Positions 34,885 through 39,443 of a stretch of 39,443 nucleotides of DNA are shown here, one piece after another. The position numbers and the translations under genes are program-made. Below the pieces are notes generated by a model that had not been told where the DNA came from, searched no databases, and worked only from the letters and a program-made list of their open reading frames with translations. The DNA is from a virus (lineage: Duplodnaviria; Caudoviricetes): positions 1-39,443 of IMG/VR virus record IMGVR_UViG_3300046060_000085. One strand, 5' to 3'. Within the stretch, counting starts at the first letter, position 1. Each line of letters begins with the position of its first letter.

Positions 34885-37800
34885 TTAGGTTCCGCCTCCT
34901 GGGTCCAACCGCGCCGATCCGAGCTCGTGACGGTTCCCGGAGAGGCCGAACACCTCCCGCGCTACGGGAAGCCAGTCGGTCAGGGATTTGGATTCCTCAA
35001 CGAGAGCCCGCAAGCGCCGGGTTAACGCTACTTCGACGCTGTCGTTACCAGTTAGAACCGATAACGCCTGTGTCAAAGTAGCGATTTCCGCCGTGTAGAC
35101 CACTCCAGACCGCTGTTCGTACGCTCCCGCGTCAAGCAGTCCGATGGCTTCCAGATCGGCTACCCACCGCCGGACCGTGCGCTCCGTGACGTCCAAGCCG
35201 TGGAACTGGGCGAGTCGGTGGATCGCCTCGATGTTGAACTCGACGCCGTCCGCGGTCGCGTCGCCGCCCGTGGTTTCGATGAGTGTCTCAGCGCGGAAGC
35301 CATCGGGGCCGTCCCCCTCGCCGGCGCTCGCGATGACATCCGCAAGATCGAGAGCGCGGTCGGCGACCGGGAGGAGTGCGTGGAGGGGGTCGGCGAGCTC
35401 TTCGAACTGGCAGACCTCGTCGACGGGCACGTCGGTCGGCACGTTCGTCAGCAGGTAGGCGTGCTTGGTCTCGTCGGCGAGCAGCGGCCGAATCCGGTGG
35501 ATGACCTGCTCGAGTTCCTTCTCGCGCGTCTCCTCGAAGAGCTCGCCGACGAGGCCCGTGTAGTGCTTGGTCGGGACCGCCCGCCCACGGCCGTGGTCGT
35601 CTTCGTAGAGGAGCTTGCGGTAGACCGGTGGGTTCGAGCAGTCCTGCCGGGTCGAGTGTTCGGTGCCGCCGACGCGGAGATCGTCGTGGTCCTGGGAGAG
35701 CAGCGCGGCCTCGCGTTCGAGATCTTCGACGTTCGCGTGAGGCGCGCCGAGGCAGACGACGGCATCACATTCCGTCCGGTTGAGGCCGCGAGCAGCGTGA
35801 TAGTGCAGCCACTCGACGGACTCGGGGATGTCGAGTATCTCGCGGGCCTCCTGGCGACCGACGACGAGCAGGTTGTCGTGAACGGTCGCGAGCTTCTCGA
35901 CCGCGCGCTCGACACGCTCGCGGAGGCTCTCGGTCTGCTTGAGCGTCGACCAGTGGTACTGGCCGTTGAGGACTTGCGTCACCTGCAGGTTGGCGTCGAG
36001 CGGCTCGTCACCAGTGACTGCGACGTGATCGGTCGGGACGCCGTAGAGGCCGGCGACTTTCTGGGGAACTGCGGTGGCGTCCAAGACGAGGGGCTTGCTG
36101 GGGAGATCGCTCACCAGTGGGAGTGACTCGTAGGTGAGTCGGGCTCCGTCCTCGATGTCGGCGTGGAGGTAGGCGGAAGCGCGTGCGGCCTCGGCGGTCT
36201 TGCCGACGAGGAAGTCGGTGCGTTCGTCCCAGCCGCAGCCGTCCTCCTGATTACAGACACGCCCACCGTCCTGGTGAGTAAGGTCGCCCCCGCAACGCGG
36301 GCATTGTTCGAGGAAGTCGGACGCGGCGATGGCCTTGCGAGCCTGATCACTCGGAAGTCCGGCCTCCATCGCGGCTGCGAGCAGTGCGTCGACGGCGAGG
36401 GGTTCGCCGTTCCAGTCGTCCTCGCGCATGCGCTTGAGGATGGTTTCGTTGTACTCGAGTTTCGCCTCGGCGAGCGTTTCCGCTACGAGCTCGCGCTCGA
36501 CGACGTAGCAGGTGCGCTTCCGGTAGCCCTCGCTGGGCATGCCCTTGAACTCCTTTTTCGTGGTCTGCTCGACGTCGTCGGGGTCGACGTCTGCGGGAAG
36601 ATCGTCCGGGTCGACCTCGACCGAGATCAGCTCGCCGTCGACCGCTGGCGGATCGATGGCCGCGAGCGTCAATGGCCCATCGGGATTCGTGAGCGCGTCG
36701 ACGAGCCGGTGGGCGAACGCGGCGAGTTCGCCGAGTACGTCGGGAGCACCCGCGTAGTTCCCGATGCCTTCGAGGGCGTTGCCGAGTCGGACGAGGTCCT
36801 CGACCGAGAGATCCTGTTCGGAGCGTAACGCCCCAGGGGTTTCGTCGATGAGGACGTCGCGGTCGGGGCCGTTCGCGGGGTTGCGGATGGTCTTGAGCGT
36901 CTGGTATTCGTGAACGCCGGCGATCTGGTCGGCGCTGGCGGCCTCGGCGAACTGGTCGAGCCACGCGCAGTTGCCGTCCTCGTCATGGCCGGGGAGCTCG
37001 TCGCCGAGGAGGGTGTGTGCGCGGACAGGGCCCAGCTGGTCGGCGAGCGCCTCGTATCGCTTGCGGTCGGGGTGATCCTGCCCGAGGTCGTACACGGGAC
37101 ACACGTGCGCGCAGTCGCCGTTCGGGTGGGTTGGGCAGTCCTCGTCGGCGTGGTCGGCGTCCATGCAAACGGGGTCGCGCTTCTGTGCGCCGCCCTTTAA
37201 GTGGAAGTAGCGGTCGGGAGTGGCGTCGTCTTTGATGAACTCGCGAGCTTTCTCGTGCTTGTCGAAGAGCACGGCGTGGGGGCGGTCGCGAGTTGCCGCG
37301 GCCCGAGCGGCGTTCGTAGTTTTCCCTGCGCCGGCGTCGTCGCCGAAAATGACGGGGCCAGTGGCGTCGAGGAACTCGTCGTAGCGTTCGCCCTCGAGGG
37401 CGGCCCACCGCTCTTCGCGGTCGAACGACTCGGCGTCGCGAACTGGCGGGTCACACTCTTCGACATTCCACTGCGTGTTCGACGCGTTGCGATCTGGAGT
37501 CGTAGTAACCAGTTCGGGGATGTCGAACCCGAGTTCGCGAAGGTGCTCGATGGCCGTGAACCAGAGTTCGCCGCGGGCCCGGCGGGGCGAGGCGTTGCGA
37601 TGGCTCATCTCGCCCATGTGGATGAGGCTCATCACGACGGGGCCGCCGTAGCCGCCTTCGTCGCCAGTGTCCTGCCAGATGCGGTCGTCGACGATGTTCG
37701 CCGTCCCGTTCGCCGACCGCCCCCACGTCGGGGCGAACGCGCGGTAGCCGTCGCTGGTCGACGCGTTGTCGTTCCAGCTAGCGACAATCGTTCGGTTAGC

Positions 37801-39210
37801 AACGCGGCGAGCGTCGAGGCGGTCGAGCGCGGCGAAGACGTCCCGGATGTCGTCAGTAGTCTCCGTCGACGACGTCGCGCTTGGCTGGTAGTCGTCGAGG
37901 TCGTAGTCCTCGCGAGTAGTCGAGACGTCGTCATCCCGGTCGCGCTGGCTGGTGGCGACCTCGTCGTTCGCGTCGAGGAGCGCGTCTAGGACGTCGGCGT
38001 TCCAATCGCGGATCTCGGTCGGGGTGCCGAGGACGTGGTCGCCGGTCGCGACGCACACGCGCTTGCCGGGATAGATCTCGATGGAGGGGAGGTCGTCGTT
38101 GTCTCCCCAGGGCTCGTCGTCGATCTGCCACGCCGCCTGCTTGACCCCGTCGGGGAGATCGCCGCGGTACTGGGCGTGGACGCCCGCGCCGGACTGGGAG
38201 ACGTCGGCGTACGTCAGGCCGAGATGTTCGAGGATCGCCTCGAAGGCGGGGTGAACCTCGCCGGTCTTGCGGTCGCGGACATCGTCCCCGTCGACGTAGA
38301 CGTAGGGGTCGCTCTCCTGTTGGAGGAACGCGCGGCCGTCGAGGCGGTCGTCGACCTCGGCCATCGCGATGGTTTCGCCGTCGACGTAGTGGCCGGTGTA
38401 GCCCCACTTCCAGCGAGCGTCGCAGTCGCACTTCGCGGCGGTGTCGTGGCCGTCTCTGCTACACTCCGCGGGCGCGTTGCGGTCGCCCCACGGCGCGAAC
38501 GGCTTCTTGTCCCGGTGGCCCATCCACTGCTCGCGGTCGAGGAGTTGCTGCGGCCAGACGCCAGACTCGGGAGTGGCGAAGTTGGCCTCGTTCCACCCAG
38601 AGTTGGTCGGTCGTGCATCGTCGGAGCTGAGGTCCTCCGAGATCTCGGGGTCGGAGTGTGCATCGTCGTGGGTATCTTCTGGGGTGTCGCTAGCCGAGTC
38701 GGTCGCGGTGGTAGGTTGGTCGTCGGGGGTGGCGAGACGAATCGCGGGATTCTCGCTGAGGGTGTCGTCGGCGAGTTCGAGGGCGTCGGTCTCGCGGAGG
38801 GCGTCCCGGAACTCGTAGTCGCTGTAGCCGTGCGCTTGGGCTTGCGCAAGGAGTTCGTCGCGGGGGACGGGCGCGAGGATTTCCTCGTGCCCGAGGCGGC
38901 CCTGGGTCTCCCACATTAACTCGATGACGTCGATGTCCGCGTCGGCTTCGTCGCGGTGCGTGCCAGACTGTTCGTCGAGGTCTGAGCGAGACCGTTCTCG
39001 CGACCTTCTACCGTGGTCCGGGGTGCTACTACTTGTGCTTTCGGGCGAATCGGTGGATTCGGAGGTGTCCTCACGGAGGGCGTCCGCGACCGCGGTCGGC
39101 GACGCGTTGAGTGCGCCCGCGAGTTCCGGGACGTCAGCGTCCGGGTGCTGGTCACGATACTGGGCGACGCGCTCGGCGAGCGAAAGGTCGTCCCCCGTCA
39201 AGGCGACCAC
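34885..39210 (-). CDS. Replication protein: primase-polymerase (AEP-like) + SF2-like helicase + wHTH
   Basis: YVYVDGDDV, YADVSQSGAGVH, IEIY; DAGAGKTT, VLIDE, AARGLN, EQVIHRIR; C-terminal ERTVRRWVADLEAIGLL. Confidence 0.82.
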   Translation of the reverse strand: MVALTGDDLSLAERVAQYRDQHPDADVPELAGALNASPTAVADALREDTSESTDSPESTSSSTPDHGRRSRERSRSDLDEQSGTHRDEADADIDVIELMWETQGRLGHEEILAPVPRDELLAQAQAHGYSDYEFRDALRETDALELADDTLSENPAIRLATPDDQPTTATDSASDTPEDTHDDAHSDPEISEDLSSDDARPTNSGWNEANFATPESGVWPQQLLDREQWMGHRDKKPFAPWGDRNAPAECSRDGHDTAAKCDCDARWKWGYTGHYVDGETIAMAEVDDRLDGRAFLQQESDPYVYVDGDDVRDRKTGEVHPAFEAILEHLGLTYADVSQSGAGVHAQYRGDLPDGVKQAAWQIDDEPWGDNDDLPSIEIYPGKRVCVATGDHVLGTPTEIRDWNADVLDALLDANDEVATSQRDRDDDVSTTREDYDLDDYQPSATSSTETTDDIRDVFAALDRLDARRVANRTIVASWNDNASTSDGYRAFAPTWGRSANGTANIVDDRIWQDTGDEGGYGGPVVMSLIHMGEMSHRNASPRRARGELWFTAIEHLRELGFDIPELVTTTPDRNASNTQWNVEECDPPVRDAESFDREERWAALEGERYDEFLDATGPVIFGDDAGAGKTTNAARAAATRDRPHAVLFDKHEKAREFIKDDATPDRYFHLKGGAQKRDPVCMDADHADEDCPTHPNGDCAHVCPVYDLGQDHPDRKRYEALADQLGPVRAHTLLGDELPGHDEDGNCAWLDQFAEAASADQIAGVHEYQTLKTIRNPANGPDRDVLIDETPGALRSEQDLSVEDLVRLGNALEGIGNYAGAPDVLGELAAFAHRLVDALTNPDGPLTLAAIDPPAVDGELISVEVDPDDLPADVDPDDVEQTTKKEFKGMPSEGYRKRTCYVVERELVAETLAEAKLEYNETILKRMREDDWNGEPLAVDALLAAAMEAGLPSDQARKAIAASDFLEQCPRCGGDLTHQDGGRVCNQEDGCGWDERTDFLVGKTAEAARASAYLHADIEDGARLTYESLPLVSDLPSKPLVLDATAVPQKVAGLYGVPTDHVAVTGDEPLDANLQVTQVLNGQYHWSTLKQTESLRERVERAVEKLATVHDNLLVVGRQEAREILDIPESVEWLHYHAARGLNRTECDAVVCLGAPHANVEDLEREAALLSQDHDDLRVGGTEHSTRQDCSNPPVYRKLLYEDDHGRGRAVPTKHYTGLVGELFEETREKELEQVIHRIRPLLADETKHAYLLTNVPTDVPVDEVCQFEELADPLHALLPVADRALDLADVIASAGEGDGPDGFRAETLIETTGGDATADGVEFNIEAIHRLAQFHGLDVTERTVRRWVADLEAIGLLDAGAYEQRSGVVYTAEIATLTQALSVLTGNDSVEVALTRRLRALVEESKSLTDWLPVAREVFGLSGNRHELGSARLDPGGGT

Positions 39211-39443
39211 CTCCAGTCGTCGAGCGTGGTCTGCCCATGGACGTTCTCAGGCGGACCGTCACCGGGCGCGGACTCGGGCGTGGGGACGTTCTCAGTAGTC
39301 TCCTCGCCCGACGGCTCGGGCTCGGTCGCGTAGACGGTCTCGTCGCCACCGCTGTCGTCGTCGAGAGCGGGGCGCTCGGTGATGTACTGGACGGTGCCGT
39401 CGAGCGCGCGTCCCGAGTACGAGCGGCGGTTCACGCCCACCAC
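39198..39443 (-). CDS. Hypothetical protein, 5'-truncated by the window edge
   Basis: Acidic; ends GQTTLDDWRWSP, overlapping the rep start. Confidence 0.6.
   Translation of the reverse strand: MVGVNRRSYSGRALDGTVQYITERPALDDDSGGDETVYATEPEPSGEETTENVPTPESAPGDGPPENVHGQTTLDDWRWSP

Larger units (their letters stand above)
1..39443. mobile_element. Haloarchaeal temperate tailed virus (Caudoviricetes, siphovirus-like) / provirus, ends not visible
   Basis: Integrase, repressors, TerS/TerL, portal, MCP, tail tube, tape measure and primase-helicase in viral synteny; acidic proteins; no sheath gene recognised; window ends inside a gene. Confidence 0.95.

Overview
This window is most of a temperate haloarchaeal tailed virus (siphovirus-like, HK97-type head), probably a provirus. 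The sequence is GC-rich, the proteins are acidic, and ATGA/TGATG-coupled genes are common. From left to right it holds: a tyrosine integrase (+); a leftward accessory operon (Zn-finger microproteins, DUF5131/Gp37-Gp68, PadR); switch 1 (wHTH, a small ORF and Orc1/Cdc6, resembling the SNJ2 DNA-damage induction module); a second leftward accessory operon; switch 2 (phiH1-like repressor with three operators); a frameshifted HerA-like ATPase and two moron-like genes (+); the leftward tail, head and packaging modules; holin-like genes; and a 1441-aa primase-helicase. The most interesting signals are non-coding. (i) A hammerhead-ribozyme-like RNA with a variant core and a loop-loop pseudoknot lies right after the tail-fibre gene. 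(ii) Two 5' leaders with little sequence similarity share one architecture and look like antisense-RNA-controlled translational switches. (iii) A three-way-junction RNA precedes the late operon. (iv) The tail chaperone pair needs a non-canonical -1 frameshift. I found no tRNA, CRISPR array or att site. All family calls come from motif recognition by eye, not from database searches.
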